A DNA stretch of 62,545 bases, counting the filler. It is 5 parts of 5 records of this genome, joined end to end, with 100 filler letters (N's around TTAATTAATTAA, not from the genome) between each part and the next. Parts side by side here need not be neighbours in the genome. Positions count along the whole stretch, not along the records: positions 36,567 to 55,559 come from SRR31156797_8527; positions 55,660 to 62,545 come from SRR31156797_8545; 3 more parts are not named here. The stretch is one strand, 5' to 3'. Position 1 is the stretch's first letter; each line of letters begins with the position of its first letter. The position numbers and the translations under genes are program-made. The notes under the pieces are model-generated. The model saw nothing but the letters and a program-made list of their open reading frames with translations. It made no database searches and had not been told where the DNA came from. Below, in pieces: positions 44,583 through 55,686 of this stretch.

Positions 44583-45278
44583 ATGGTAGAAGCTAAAATT
44601 AGATGCATGATAGTGGACGACGAAGAGGTTGCCCGTGAGGTAATGTCAACCTATGTCAATAAAGTTCCCTATCTGGAGCTGGTTACCACTTGTCAGGATG
44701 CCATTGAAGCGCATGAGAGAATTACTCAGGAGCAAATTGATTTGATTTTTCTCGATATTGAAATGCCGGGACTTACTGGCATCGAGTTTTTAAAATCGGT
44801 AGCTCAAAAGCCAAAAGTTATTATTTGCTCAGCAAATAAAGATTATGCTGTTGAAGGATTTGATTTGGATGTGGATGACTTTATCCTAAAACCAGTTACT
44901 TTCGAGCGATTTTTAAAAGCCGTTGGGAAAATACGCACCGATAATAAAGATATGCAGGTAAAAGAGAACTATTTTTATGTAAATGAGAATAAAAGAATGG
45001 TGCGCGTGGAATTGGATAATATCATTTATATTGAAAGTTTGCGAGATTATGTACGTATTGTAACAACAAAAAAGAAAGTTATTACCCATCAACACCTTTC
45101 CGACTTCGAAGAAAAATTACCTTCCGATAAATTTATGAGAATCCATAGGTCAGTTATTGTAGCAGTGGATAAAATTCAGTCATTTACATCATCACTTATA
45201 GATGTGGGCGAAAAAGAGTTACCTGTTGGAAGAAATTATAAAGAGGAAGTACAAAATAAACTGAAGAAACTTCTCTAA
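44583..45278 (+). CDS. LytTR-family response regulator
   Basis: IVDDE, FLDIEMP, LKP, YIESLRDYV, FMRIHRS; ATG 44583. Confidence 0.95.
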   Translation: MVEAKIRCMIVDDEEVAREVMSTYVNKVPYLELVTTCQDAIEAHERITQEQIDLIFLDIEMPGLTGIEFLKSVAQKPKVIICSANKDYAVEGFDLDVDDFILKPVTFERFLKAVGKIRTDNKDMQVKENYFYVNENKRMVRVELDNIIYIESLRDYVRIVTTKKKVITHQHLSDFEEKLPSDKFMRIHRSVIVAVDKIQSFTSSLIDVGEKELPVGRNYKEEVQNKLKKLL

Positions 45279-48200
45279 TGAGAAAATGTATTTTTTGGGG
45301 GTTCATTTTTTTTATTTTCAATGTTAACCTTGCTTTTTCCCAGGGGCAATTATTTGTGCGTAATTATTTGCCTACGGACTATCCCGGACAAAACCAAAAC
45401 TGGGCTGTAAAAGTTGATTCCAATAATGTAGTTTGGTTTGCCAATCAGGATGGCGTAATGAGTTTTAATGGGAACCAGTGGAATATTATTCACACAAATC
45501 AGCACAATACGGTTCGCTCAATGAGTTTTAATCATAAAGGAGAACTTTATGTGGGTGGTATTAGTGATATTGGCAAACTCGAAACGGATAGTAGCGGACA
45601 ACAAATATATGTTTCATTAAAGGATAAACTTCCCCAGGAAATTGAGTTTACGGATGTTTGGAGCACACATTCCCTGATGGATACAACTATATTTATTACT
45701 GATAATTATTTGATAGCTTATTCCCAGGATACAGTAAATATTATACCTACTGATTATAACTATTTCTATCTGTCATTTAAAATTGATGAACATATCATTG
45801 TGCAACAAATTGGAGGTGGGTTGTTTAAGTACGAGAACGGAAACCTCAAATATATCAAAGGTAGTGAGAGTTTTACCCAATTAAGGCTTCATAATTTATT
45901 TCATTTTGCTAATAAAACTTATGCAGCTACAAAATACAATGGATTGTTTGAGGTTAAATTTGACGAGAATTATAATGAATTACAATACATTGAACCATTC
46001 AAAATAAAACCGGATCAAAATCTTGGCAGTCAGGTTTTATATCAGGCAAAACCCATTTGCAATAGTCTTTTAGGTTTAGCAACAACTCAGGGTGGTTTAT
46101 TTATTGTTGACAGTCTTGGCAATTTGGTTTATCATTTTAATACAGACAACCAGCTGATTACCGACGCAGTTTATGATTTTGCCTGTACAAAAAATGGAGC
46201 GCTTTGGTTAGGTCAGGATCTTGGACTTTCTTTGATAGAGTTAGGGATGCCGGTAGTTCATTATAATTATAAAACAGGAATAAAAGGCGCTGTAACTCAG
46301 ATTTATCCATTTAAAAAAAGGGTATTTGTAACTACAGGTTTTGGATTATATTGGTATGATCAGGATGCGCCATTTCATAAAAGAGTATTTCACCGTGTCG
46401 AAAATTTAAATACACAAGCCTGGGGAATGATTATGCTTGATGATGATCCATCTGAAATATATGTATATACTGCAGATGGCGTTTCTCGTATAAAAAATAA
46501 TCAAGCAATCCCGGTCTATGAGGAGACTGGTATTTATAGTTTATTACAATACTCTAAAAAACCGGATTACTTTTTTGGTGGAACTCGAAATGGCCTTGTA
46601 TTGATAAAAAAAGGAGAAAAGAAGTGGACAAAGGAGTATGATTTTACAGGTATTTCTCAACAAGTAAGAGATATTGCAGAAGATGAAGAAGGTAATGTTT
46701 GGGTTGCAGCAAATTTTAGAGGTTTTATACCCATTTCTCCATTGCAAATAGATGAACTTATTGAGCAAAATATTGCTCCTGTTTTAACTGTAAAGGATAC
46801 TACACATGGTTTGGCATCTCTGGGTCTCATAATGTTTCAGCCTGATTTTGAAGAACTATTATTTTATTCAGATCCGCATTTAATGACCTACGATTCAAAA
46901 AAGGATCGATTTGATAAAATGGAAATTATTTCTGCGGACAGTATTTTAAAAGATACGGCAATAGACCCTGTTGATTCTATTGTAATTGAAAATAACAGAA
47001 TTTTGTTGCCAGCTGATTCAATTAGCGATATTGATACCTTAATTTATAAACGATTACCTTTTGCAGTTTCCCATTTTGGATGGATTGATAGCACAGAAGT
47101 TTGGTTGGGAACGGAGAATGGGATTTATCATTATCAGCTCAACCAGAAAATAAATGATTTTGATTTTTTCAATATCGTGGTTAACCAAATTACAATAGGT
47201 AACGATTTAACCGTTTTTGTGAATAATCAAAATGAACCAACAGAGCTTAATCTTGATTACTCCCAAAATAGTATTTCAGTTATAGTAGGAGTGCCTTTTT
47301 ATTATGATATCCCTAATACAAATATAAGTTTCTATTTGGAGGGGTTTGATGATCAATTTGAACCCTGGCACAAACAGTTTAAGAAGTCTTATACAAACCT
47401 TCCAGCCGGCAAATACAGGTTATTTGTTAAAGCAAAAAATATATTCGGTTTTGAAACTTCCAAAGAGGTATTGGTTTTAGAAATAAAACCACCCCTGTAT
47501 TTAACGCCTTTTGCCTATTTAATTTATATCATTATCTGGGTTTTATTGATGTTTTGGGTGATTCGGGCACGCACAAAAGCTTTGAGTAAAAGTAGAGATA
47601 AACTTGAGAATGTTGTGCAGGAACGTACTCAGCAATTGCTGGAGCGTAATGAGGAAATAATGCAGGTGGCTGAAATATTGAAAAACAACAATAAAAAACT
47701 GGAGGAGCTATCCATTGTGGCAGAAAAAGCCGGTAATGCGGTGGCAATTTTCAATAAAGAAGGCAAGCTGGATTATTGCAATGTAGCATTTGAACAACTT
47801 TATGGGTATACCTGCAAAGAGTTTCGCGAGCAGAAAGGTGGCGATTTGCTGGAAAGCAGTGAATACCCGCATATTAGAAAAGCCTATGATGAGTGTTTGA
47901 GTAAAAAACAAACAGTGCAATATGAATATTTCACCTTGTCTAAAAATCACGAAGGCTTGTGGATTCATACTACCCTGACACCGGTTTTTGGTGATGAAGA
48001 TGAAATTGAGCAATTTATTGCCATTGATACCAATATTACGCAGCTGAAAAATGCAGAAGAAGAGGTGCGTTTTCAGAAAGAGGAGCTTGAGCGAAAAAGT
48101 AAAGAACTGGCAGAGAAAAACCAGGAATTAAGAAGACTATCAATTATTGCCAGGGAAACCGATAATGCTGTAATTCTTACCAATAGAGATGGCTCTTTAT

Positions 48201-49210
48201 TGTGGGTAAATGAGGGCTTTACCAGGCTATATGGCTACACTGTTAAAGATCTTTTACAGAAAGGGGATACTGTTTTTAATTTGAGCTCAAATGATGGTAT
48301 TAAAAATTACCTGAAGAATTGGCCCGAAGATAAAAGTTCAATAACGTATGAATCCCGAAATACGACTAAATCGGGTAAAAAGATTTGGGCGCAAACAACC
48401 CTAACACCTATTCGGAACGACAAAGGGTCAATAACTCAGATTATTGCCATTGATAGTGATATTACAGCTCTCAAAAAAGCAGAAGAACAGATTGAGAAAC
48501 AGAGAGATCAGCTTAAGTCGTTAAATGCCACAAAAGATAAATTTTTTAGCATCATTGGGCATGATTTGCGTAGTCCGTTTGGGAACTTTGTCAATATGAC
48601 CAACATTATTCTCCAAAACATTTCTACTGTCGACAGGGAAACGCTTCTGGATTATGTAAGTAAGCTTCACCGTAGTGCACAAAATTCCTATAATTTACTG
48701 GAAAACTTGCTTGACTGGGCACGCCATCAACAAGGGCGAATAAGGTTCTACCCCGATTTTGATGATGTAACAGCATTGGTTGAGGAAATGGCTGAGCTAC
48801 TGTTGCCATTGGCTGAGCGCAAAAATGTAGAACTAAAAGTTGTTTATGAAGATCCTGTATATGCTTATTTTGATGAGCACATGATAAAAACAGTTGTACG
48901 TAATTTGATGTTTAATGCGCTTAAATTTACACCATCTGGTGGTGCCATTACACTCTCATTTACGAAGGAAGATGGACTTGTAAAAATATTTGTAAAAGAT
49001 ACCGGAATCGGTATTTCGCAAGAGGCGCAAGAGAAAATTTTCCGTATGGACACCCACTTTTCAACCATGGGAACCGATAAAGAACGTGGAACAGGATTAG
49101 GATTAATGCTCAGTAAAGACTTTGTGGAGATGAACAACGGAACCATCGAAGTTGAAAGCGAACCGGGAGAAGGAAGTACATTTATAGTTACACTCCCGGG
49201 GAATAATTAG
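45278..49210 (+). CDS. Sensor histidine kinase: beta-propeller/Y_Y_Y ectodomain, two PAS, HisKA, HATPase
   Basis: YTNLPAGKY, TM, two PAS-PAC units, IIGHDLRSP, NALKFT, DTGIG, GTGLGL. Confidence 0.92.
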   Translation: MRKCIFWGFIFFIFNVNLAFSQGQLFVRNYLPTDYPGQNQNWAVKVDSNNVVWFANQDGVMSFNGNQWNIIHTNQHNTVRSMSFNHKGELYVGGISDIGKLETDSSGQQIYVSLKDKLPQEIEFTDVWSTHSLMDTTIFITDNYLIAYSQDTVNIIPTDYNYFYLSFKIDEHIIVQQIGGGLFKYENGNLKYIKGSESFTQLRLHNLFHFANKTYAATKYNGLFEVKFDENYNELQYIEPFKIKPDQNLGSQVLYQAKPICNSLLGLATTQGGLFIVDSLGNLVYHFNTDNQLITDAVYDFACTKNGALWLGQDLGLSLIELGMPVVHYNYKTGIKGAVTQIYPFKKRVFVTTGFGLYWYDQDAPFHKRVFHRVENLNTQAWGMIMLDDDPSEIYVYTADGVSRIKNNQAIPVYEETGIYSLLQYSKKPDYFFGGTRNGLVLIKKGEKKWTKEYDFTGISQQVRDIAEDEEGNVWVAANFRGFIPISPLQIDELIEQNIAPVLTVKDTTHGLASLGLIMFQPDFEELLFYSDPHLMTYDSKKDRFDKMEIISADSILKDTAIDPVDSIVIENNRILLPADSISDIDTLIYKRLPFAVSHFGWIDSTEVWLGTENGIYHYQLNQKINDFDFFNIVVNQITIGNDLTVFVNNQNEPTELNLDYSQNSISVIVGVPFYYDIPNTNISFYLEGFDDQFEPWHKQFKKSYTNLPAGKYRLFVKAKNIFGFETSKEVLVLEIKPPLYLTPFAYLIYIIIWVLLMFWVIRARTKALSKSRDKLENVVQERTQQLLERNEEIMQVAEILKNNNKKLEELSIVAEKAGNAVAIFNKEGKLDYCNVAFEQLYGYTCKEFREQKGGDLLESSEYPHIRKAYDECLSKKQTVQYEYFTLSKNHEGLWIHTTLTPVFGDEDEIEQFIAIDTNITQLKNAEEEVRFQKEELERKSKELAEKNQELRRLSIIARETDNAVILTNRDGSLLWVNEGFTRLYGYTVKDLLQKGDTVFNLSSNDGIKNYLKNWPEDKSSITYESRNTTKSGKKIWAQTTLTPIRNDKGSITQIIAIDSDITALKKAEEQIEKQRDQLKSLNATKDKFFSIIGHDLRSPFGNFVNMTNIILQNISTVDRETLLDYVSKLHRSAQNSYNLLENLLDWARHQQGRIRFYPDFDDVTALVEEMAELLLPLAERKNVELKVVYEDPVYAYFDEHMIKTVVRNLMFNALKFTPSGGAITLSFTKEDGLVKIFVKDTGIGISQEAQEKIFRMDTHFSTMGTDKERGTGLGLMLSKDFVEMNNGTIEVESEPGEGSTFIVTLPGNN

Positions 49211-49322
49211 AATAACGTGAGTTTCTATGTTAAAATAGCTATTGCTCATTTTTAACATTTTATAAAAGGGAGTTCTGTCAGAAATGTTTTAAATTAGTAG
49301 ATCAACTATAAAACCATCTGCT

Positions 49323-50180
49323 ATGAAAAAGATTATACTCCTATTGGGATTATTCCTTATTGCGCCGGCTTTTATTTCTTGTGAAAAAGATGAAGATGAA
49401 AATGCAGAAGCGGCGCCAGCTTTGCCGCCGTATGAGTCTATGTTTATTGATTTTGGAAACCTGGTTAATACAGGTAAGTCGTATTCAGATTTAGAAGAAT
49501 TTTACAAAAAATTTGACCCTGCTACAACAGATAATTTCACATTTGCCGCAACCACGGTTACCATCTGGAATTTAATACTAACTATTACATTTGTGGTTCC
49601 TGTAGCCGCCTTTTATCATTCTTTTGCCCAAACCCCAACCTATTTAGGAGATGCTAAATGGGAGTGGTCTTATCAGGTATTAGGTATTTATAATGCACGT
49701 TTAACTGGTGAAGTACGATTGAATGATATAAAGTGGGAAATGTTTATCGAAAAAACCGGACAGCAAGGTCACCCCGAATTTAAATGGTTTGATGGCACTT
49801 CAGATTTAAATGGCATGAGCGGACAATGGACGCTATACCACAGTTATGAGTTTCCGGATGAGGTTATTGTTATTGATTGGGAGAAAAGTGGCAATGAAAT
49901 TGGCAGTGTAACTTATAACTATGTACGAGTTCTGGATAACAATGGTAACCCGGATTTCTTAAACGGAAGTTACCTTTCTTATGGATTGCAAGATTCAGAA
50001 TATGACGCTTATTATACGTTGTATTTTTATGATTTTACTTCTGAAGCCTTTTACGATGTGTTTATTGAAATGAATACTACAGATTACCACGGAAGAGTTA
50101 AAGCGGAATATCATTTCGATGATTCTGATTGGCATTGCTGGGATACCGATGGAAATGATATTGATTGCGTCGTGAAATAA
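49323..50180 (+). CDS. Hypothetical lipoprotein
   Basis: Lipobox FISC followed by acidic EKDEDE. Confidence 0.75.
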   Translation: MKKIILLLGLFLIAPAFISCEKDEDENAEAAPALPPYESMFIDFGNLVNTGKSYSDLEEFYKKFDPATTDNFTFAATTVTIWNLILTITFVVPVAAFYHSFAQTPTYLGDAKWEWSYQVLGIYNARLTGEVRLNDIKWEMFIEKTGQQGHPEFKWFDGTSDLNGMSGQWTLYHSYEFPDEVIVIDWEKSGNEIGSVTYNYVRVLDNNGNPDFLNGSYLSYGLQDSEYDAYYTLYFYDFTSEAFYDVFIEMNTTDYHGRVKAEYHFDDSDWHCWDTDGNDIDCVVK

Positions 50181-50202
50181 ATGATATAAAAAAAGAATTT
50201 TA

Positions 50203-50233
50203 AAAAACCATCGAGAACCTCTCGATGGTTTTT
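50203..50233. terminator. Bidirectional intrinsic terminator
   Basis: AAAAACCATCGAG-AACCT-CTCGATGGTTTTT between convergent genes. Confidence 0.85.
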
Positions 50234-50254
50234 GTTTTTAAATATGTGATGAAA

Positions 50255-51153
50255 TCATAACTCAACTCCATACTTTTTAGCAACCTCAATTCGTGTTTTT
50301 TCATCTGAAATTTTCACACCACCTTGAGATCCAAATATTTGATAGTTATACTTTCGCCAATAAATTCGGTCAATCAGCATTTTAAGTGGTGTGATATGTA
50401 GTTCGTTATCTTTTACAGCATTGTGAACTATGGGCAAGTATTTCTCCATCATTTCGAGGTCTGAATGTTGGATTACTAGCCACATGATACTTTCAAATTC
50501 TTCTCCTACCAGCGATTTTCCAATATACTTTCCATATTTAGTGTAAAGTGAATCAATAAACATTTGATTCTTCATATCTAGTGATTTTTGTTTTTCAGTA
50601 TTTTGATCGAAATCTGTATCTCTAACTCTATATTTTTGTCATCTTTTCCAATTTTATGAATTAATTTAACTAATTCTAAGTTGAAATTTCCATTAAGTGC
50701 GTATTCTTCCAGGTTTAGACCTGAGTCTTTTGTTTTAATTGCTTCAGTGAGCTTGCATTTATTAAGATAGAATTTGTAAAGTTCTGGGACTGTTTCTGAA
50801 AACTTTGCATCCTTATTCATATTCAAAATATAATAGCATGATCCTTTGGACTCAGCAAACTTTTTAAAAGCTAATTCAATATTTTCTTGAGGTTCTTTGA
50901 GAATCCTATAAATGGTAAATACATTTAGATAATCTGCATCTGTAAAAGACATATTGTCATTTTTTATCTGATCTTTTGTGTTTTTTAGATAATAGCATGC
51001 ATTAGTGTAAGTTTTATTTGAAACGTTTTCCCTTTGTACAGGTTGAAACTTCATAAATGCTTCCTCAAAGCTTTCGTAGGTAATTTTAGTAGTTTGAGCA
51101 TTTAAAATGTTTGCTAAAGTAAAGAGGAAAAGAATTAAGCTTGTTGTTTTCAT
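50255..51153 (-). pseudogene. Single secreted-protein gene (DUF6624-like C-terminus) split by a 1-nt deletion near 50633-50638
   Basis: Adding one base joins ORFs 50578-51153 and 50255-50575 into about 299 aa through DD(Q/K)KYR...LD..N..IDSL..KYG..WLVIQH..DR..QIFGSQ. Confidence 0.7.
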
Positions 51154-51174
51154 GGTTGATAGTTTAGGAGGGAG

Positions 51175-52056
51175 TTATTTTATAATTAAATCGAAATAAT
51201 AACGCTTTTTATCTGATGCTTTGGAAAAGTAATCAATGTCTTCGCTGCAGAATGTTTCCGGATAGCCACACCAATCAAAGTATCTTCCTAAATATTCTTG
51301 CTTATTGATGTCGTAATACGAATAGCAGGTATAACTTCCGGCCCCATCTCCGCCAAAATAAGCCATCATGATTATTGCAGTTTGGTCAATGGTATAACAC
51401 TTAAATTGATTCAAATGAACTCGCAACAGATTTCTATATGATTGTTTTGGAATAAATATATCTGTTCCATTTAGTTGCATGTTTATTTGGGTCAAAATGG
51501 AAGATCGTTTATGGAAGTTAATTTTAACATATTCTTCTGAAGGTAGACCATCATGGCCATAAGATTTGTGACCATTAATGAAATTTGTATTGTAGTTAAT
51601 ATCATACTTTGTCATGTCGAAAATGGAATTGATCAATGTAATCTTAACAATATTGTCTCCTGCAATACTGTCGTATATTACCAGGGTTGAATCATTTATC
51701 TGCGATTGATTAAGGGCCCTTAGGTTATATTGGATTATTGTGTCTTCAGATAGAGTTCCTCCATTATCCAAAATCCGTCCGGGATCAATGCTGTACTGTT
51801 TGATTGTAAGCTGAACCGGATGATTAGCATCAATTTTCATCTTACCATTTTCAGAAGGTAATTTATATGGAGAGCTTTTTGATTTTATGCCTACTACGCT
51901 ATCTGTTTTATTGATACTATCATTTAAAATGCCTATTGTATCTGGTTTCTCTATTTTTATTTCTTGCGGTTGTTTATTACCATCTGCTTTTCTATTATTA
52001 CATGATGTGCCGATGTAAAATATCATTAATAAAGATAAAAAGGGTATTGCTTTCAT
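51175..52056 (-). CDS. Hypothetical lipoprotein
   Basis: Lipobox GTSC; GDGAGSY motif. Confidence 0.7.
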   Translation of the reverse strand: MKAIPFLSLLMIFYIGTSCNNRKADGNKQPQEIKIEKPDTIGILNDSINKTDSVVGIKSKSSPYKLPSENGKMKIDANHPVQLTIKQYSIDPGRILDNGGTLSEDTIIQYNLRALNQSQINDSTLVIYDSIAGDNIVKITLINSIFDMTKYDINYNTNFINGHKSYGHDGLPSEEYVKINFHKRSSILTQINMQLNGTDIFIPKQSYRNLLRVHLNQFKCYTIDQTAIIMMAYFGGDGAGSYTCYSYYDINKQEYLGRYFDWCGYPETFCSEDIDYFSKASDKKRYYFDLIIK

Positions 52057-52131
52057 TATTATTGGTGTTAAAGTATGCTAATCCGTCAACTCATCATTAA
52101 ATCTCTCGTTTTAAATTCATTCAGGTTTATT

Positions 52132-54630
52132 CTATTTTGCAACAACAAATTTCTTGATTGTGCGACTTGTTCCATTATTGATATAACACAAATAGATGCC
52201 AGGGTTAAATGTTGATACATCGAATGACATGGTTTGAGATGTTGACTCAAAACTTGATGTGGCATTGCAATTCATCAGCTGGCCTTTTGTGTTGTAGAAT
52301 TGAATTTGATATGGTTTTGTCGCGTTGCCTTGAATCTTGATATTCAGCTTGTTGGCAACCGGGTTTGGCATAATTTGGAAATCAAATTCCTGAGAGTTGC
52401 TATTGTCGGAAATGCCTGTTTCTTCTCGTTTTTCAATGCGTACATCGTCAATAAACCATGAGTACCAAAATGGATCGTACATTGTATTGTAAGCTCTCCA
52501 TGCCACACGAATGGTTTCTCCAACATAATCTTCAAGCGAAATTGTTACTTTATCATCGTATTGGTTAATTAGCGTATTTAGGTAAAAAGCATCCCAGAGC
52601 ACATCCCAGTTGATTCCATCATTGGAAACGCTAACTGTATAGTGGTCATACCACAAGCTTCCATATTGGGCAAAGTTCTCGAACGATAAATCAGCAATAT
52701 CACTTATTTCAACTTCGGGACTTATCAACCATTCGTCTTGTACATTTTCCTGATAATCCCATCCAACCATAGCCTGTTTTTCACCGTGTTTTGGCACAAC
52801 TGAAAATGTATTTCCATCACTGTCTTCGTAGAGCTCTGTTCCAGCCTGAGACCAGATAAACCAGGTCAACGGTTCGCCCTGAACGACCCAATTTGTTGGG
52901 GGCCAATCACCCTCAAAACTTTCTTCGAGTAATGGAGCAACTCCATTCCAGAAAATGGGAAACTCTGAAGTCTCAGCTGAATTGCCGGCCATGTCTTCCA
53001 TTATAAATTTTACGGTTCCACTTGTGTTATTGGTTTGCGCAGGTATGTTTCCGGTGTATGTGTAGTTTCCTTTTGATGATCTAGAAAGGAGCATAGTAAA
53101 TGTTTCCTCGCCATTCCCAACATTATAAATGCCTTGCATGGCTTCTGTTACCTGTGATTCGTCACGAATTACTACAGTCAGGGGCATTTCCAAATCTGCA
53201 TATTGCTCAGTTTCAGTAATGCTTATAAACTCAGGTGCAGTTTCGTCAGGTACATTCAGGTTTATGGTAACATCATCAATGTACATATTCCACCCATAAG
53301 CACTAATAGCTTTGAATACGATATGCTGAGTTGATTCAGCGGTGGAGAAAACGTAGTTATATTCAAACCAGCCTTCGGTTGATTCTACAGGTTCAAAATT
53401 GGTGGCCCTGTGGATGGTTCCCAGAAGTGTTGATGAGGTTAGATTCTCGTCATCAGATTGGTAGATTTCAATTTTATCGGCTTTATTGTCAATGTTGGCA
53501 GTGCGATACACCCAAAATCGTACGATATATTCTGAATTTGTAAAGTCTATGGGAGGCGAAGATAATAGAGCGGTGCTTCCGTCACTTGCTGAGAATGAAC
53601 GGTAAAATATCATTCCATCGGAGTCGTCGTGTGGTGTACAGTCGGGCGTTGATCCTTCCGATATCATTTCCCAGGCATAATTACCGCTAACAATTTCGGT
53701 GTTCCATCCCACGGGCAACATGGCTGTATTCTCAAACCCTTGTTGATAGGGAAAGGTGTTAATGGGACTTACAGCTGTTGAAATAATTTCTATACTGTGA
53801 GATAAAAATATTGTTTCTGATGCAATTGTGATTGTGGTCGTCTCGGTTTGTCCCAATTCAACGCCTTCTGTCGGCACAAATTGTCGAACTATTATGGTAT
53901 CGGTCACATACGAACCTAATGACAGTATTGAAATTTGTTCCATTCCAGTTTTGTCGTAAAACTCCACATCCCATTCCGAGTTTGATGAAAGCGTGTAGCT
54001 GTCAGCATTAGTGCCTATGTTTTTAATGGTTAAAAAGTAATCGTAAGCGCTTCCTGCTTCAACTATAGTATCGCTGTTGATACGGGTAAGTTCAAACTCA
54101 TAGTCTGTTACAGTCTTTAATTTTATATCATCAACACATAAATACCAGGGGTTGTTGGTTGAAACACCATGGATTCCAACATAAAAAGTTCCGCTTGTTG
54201 TTGGTGAGAATGTTGTGATAAGTTGCTGATATTCAGGGTTGTTTATTGTTGTTAATGGTTGGATTGTATTTGTCATGTAAGCTTCAAGTGTATCGGAACC
54301 CCATTTTACTTCATATTGAAAACCATCTGTACCATCGGTTTTATACCACATTGAAAATTCATAGGTTTCATTGGCTATCAAATTTACTTCACGATACATC
54401 CAGCTATCGCTATTGTATGGAAAGTAAGCATACCATGAGCCAGTGTGAGGCGATCTGTTATGAGATTGTTCGCCGTTGCCGGCCATCCATTTGGGGTTTT
54501 CACCACAATGCCATCCTGAAGGCGTTGTGGCGTTGCTATTACCTGTTTCGAAACTATCATCAAAAATAGTTTGTGAAAATCCGGTTATGGAAAAGAGTAG
54601 CACGATGAGTAGGGTAGTAGTTTTTTTCAT
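52132..54630 (-). CDS. T9SS type A cargo with three cleaved-adhesin/CBM-like domains
   Basis: Signal peptide; three (D/E)xFE..P..W...DDV/I beta-sandwich units; CTD PNPV...GIYL...KKFVVAK. Confidence 0.88.
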   Translation of the reverse strand: MKKTTTLLIVLLFSITGFSQTIFDDSFETGNSNATTPSGWHCGENPKWMAGNGEQSHNRSPHTGSWYAYFPYNSDSWMYREVNLIANETYEFSMWYKTDGTDGFQYEVKWGSDTLEAYMTNTIQPLTTINNPEYQQLITTFSPTTSGTFYVGIHGVSTNNPWYLCVDDIKLKTVTDYEFELTRINSDTIVEAGSAYDYFLTIKNIGTNADSYTLSSNSEWDVEFYDKTGMEQISILSLGSYVTDTIIVRQFVPTEGVELGQTETTTITIASETIFLSHSIEIISTAVSPINTFPYQQGFENTAMLPVGWNTEIVSGNYAWEMISEGSTPDCTPHDDSDGMIFYRSFSASDGSTALLSSPPIDFTNSEYIVRFWVYRTANIDNKADKIEIYQSDDENLTSSTLLGTIHRATNFEPVESTEGWFEYNYVFSTAESTQHIVFKAISAYGWNMYIDDVTINLNVPDETAPEFISITETEQYADLEMPLTVVIRDESQVTEAMQGIYNVGNGEETFTMLLSRSSKGNYTYTGNIPAQTNNTSGTVKFIMEDMAGNSAETSEFPIFWNGVAPLLEESFEGDWPPTNWVVQGEPLTWFIWSQAGTELYEDSDGNTFSVVPKHGEKQAMVGWDYQENVQDEWLISPEVEISDIADLSFENFAQYGSLWYDHYTVSVSNDGINWDVLWDAFYLNTLINQYDDKVTISLEDYVGETIRVAWRAYNTMYDPFWYSWFIDDVRIEKREETGISDNSNSQEFDFQIMPNPVANKLNIKIQGNATKPYQIQFYNTKGQLMNCNATSSFESTSQTMSFDVSTFNPGIYLCYINNGTSRTIKKFVVAK

Positions 54631-54762
54631 CTGACAATAGATTTGATTTTAAGATAAAATTCATGGATTTTTAAGAAGTAATCACATTTGCAATTGCTTA
54701 GTATACAATAGTACAAAGAAACTCGATATATATCAAATACTTGCAGCTATAGTTTTAATGCA

Positions 54763-55332
54763 TTAATCTTTATTTTTCAGCGGAAATGTAATGCCGACGG
54801 CAAATGCTCCAACGATTTGTTCAACAGACGGTTGATCATAAGCGGATAACCCCAAATCAAATTTTCTCTTTTTTCCTAATACAACACCAATCGTAAATGG
54901 AGTATGATAAATTATTCCGGTTTTGTCGATATCATGAAATGTTGTAGATGTTACAAATCTTCCAATCGAAGTTCCAATTCCAACTTCAATATAAGGTTCT
55001 AAACCTGGGATAGGTACAAGTAATCTTGTTTTACCACCAATTAATAATGCTTTTGATATCGCTTTTTCATCTGATGGATTACCATAAATATCTTTTCCAT
55101 CTGTGCTAGTCCTAATTAAGCCGGTATAAGGTCTAAATTCAACCCAGGAAAATATTTTAAGGATTAATTCGCCCTTTGCAAAAAAGCCATTGTCGTCAAC
55201 TTCGTCGGTACTTTTATTTGGGGCACTCCTTCCTAATCCAATTTGAGCACTTATTGATTTTTCTTTGATAAACTGTGCGTCAACAAAATTAGAAGTCAAT
55301 ATAATGATTAATAATGTTAGTGTTTTTCTCAT
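54763..55332 (-). CDS. Small outer-membrane beta-barrel-like protein
   Basis: Signal peptide, alternating beta strands, PYIEVGIG, terminal GITFPL. Confidence 0.7.
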   Translation of the reverse strand: MRKTLTLLIIILTSNFVDAQFIKEKSISAQIGLGRSAPNKSTDEVDDNGFFAKGELILKIFSWVEFRPYTGLIRTSTDGKDIYGNPSDEKAISKALLIGGKTRLLVPIPGLEPYIEVGIGTSIGRFVTSTTFHDIDKTGIIYHTPFTIGVVLGKKRKFDLGLSAYDQPSVEQIVGAFAVGITFPLKNKD

Positions 55333-55559
55333 AGTGTTTTACGTGTGTTCGCTTTTAATTGATTTTCAGGGTGCTTCCCGACTTCATCGGGACAAGCTGC
55401 AATCTAAAGGTTGGCGATGTTTATTTAACTCCTCAAATCCCGAATTTCTTATAATATTGAAAATTTTAGAAATTCGAGGACTCACATAAAATTATAAAAA
55501 AGTGACATTTGCTATTTTACGGAGCCCATAAACCAGCAGCAGCGCAAAATTCTCACTCG

Positions 55560-55659
55560 NNNNNNNNNNNNNNNNNNNNNNNNNNNNNNNNNNNNNNNNN
55601 NNNTTAATTAATTAANNNNNNNNNNNNNNNNNNNNNNNNNNNNNNNNNNNNNNNNNNNN
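55560..55659. other. Artificial contig spacer
   Basis: N44-TTAATTAATTAA-N44. Confidence 0.98.
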
Positions 55660-55686
55660 AAATAACCATTTATGGACTGGCGCTAA

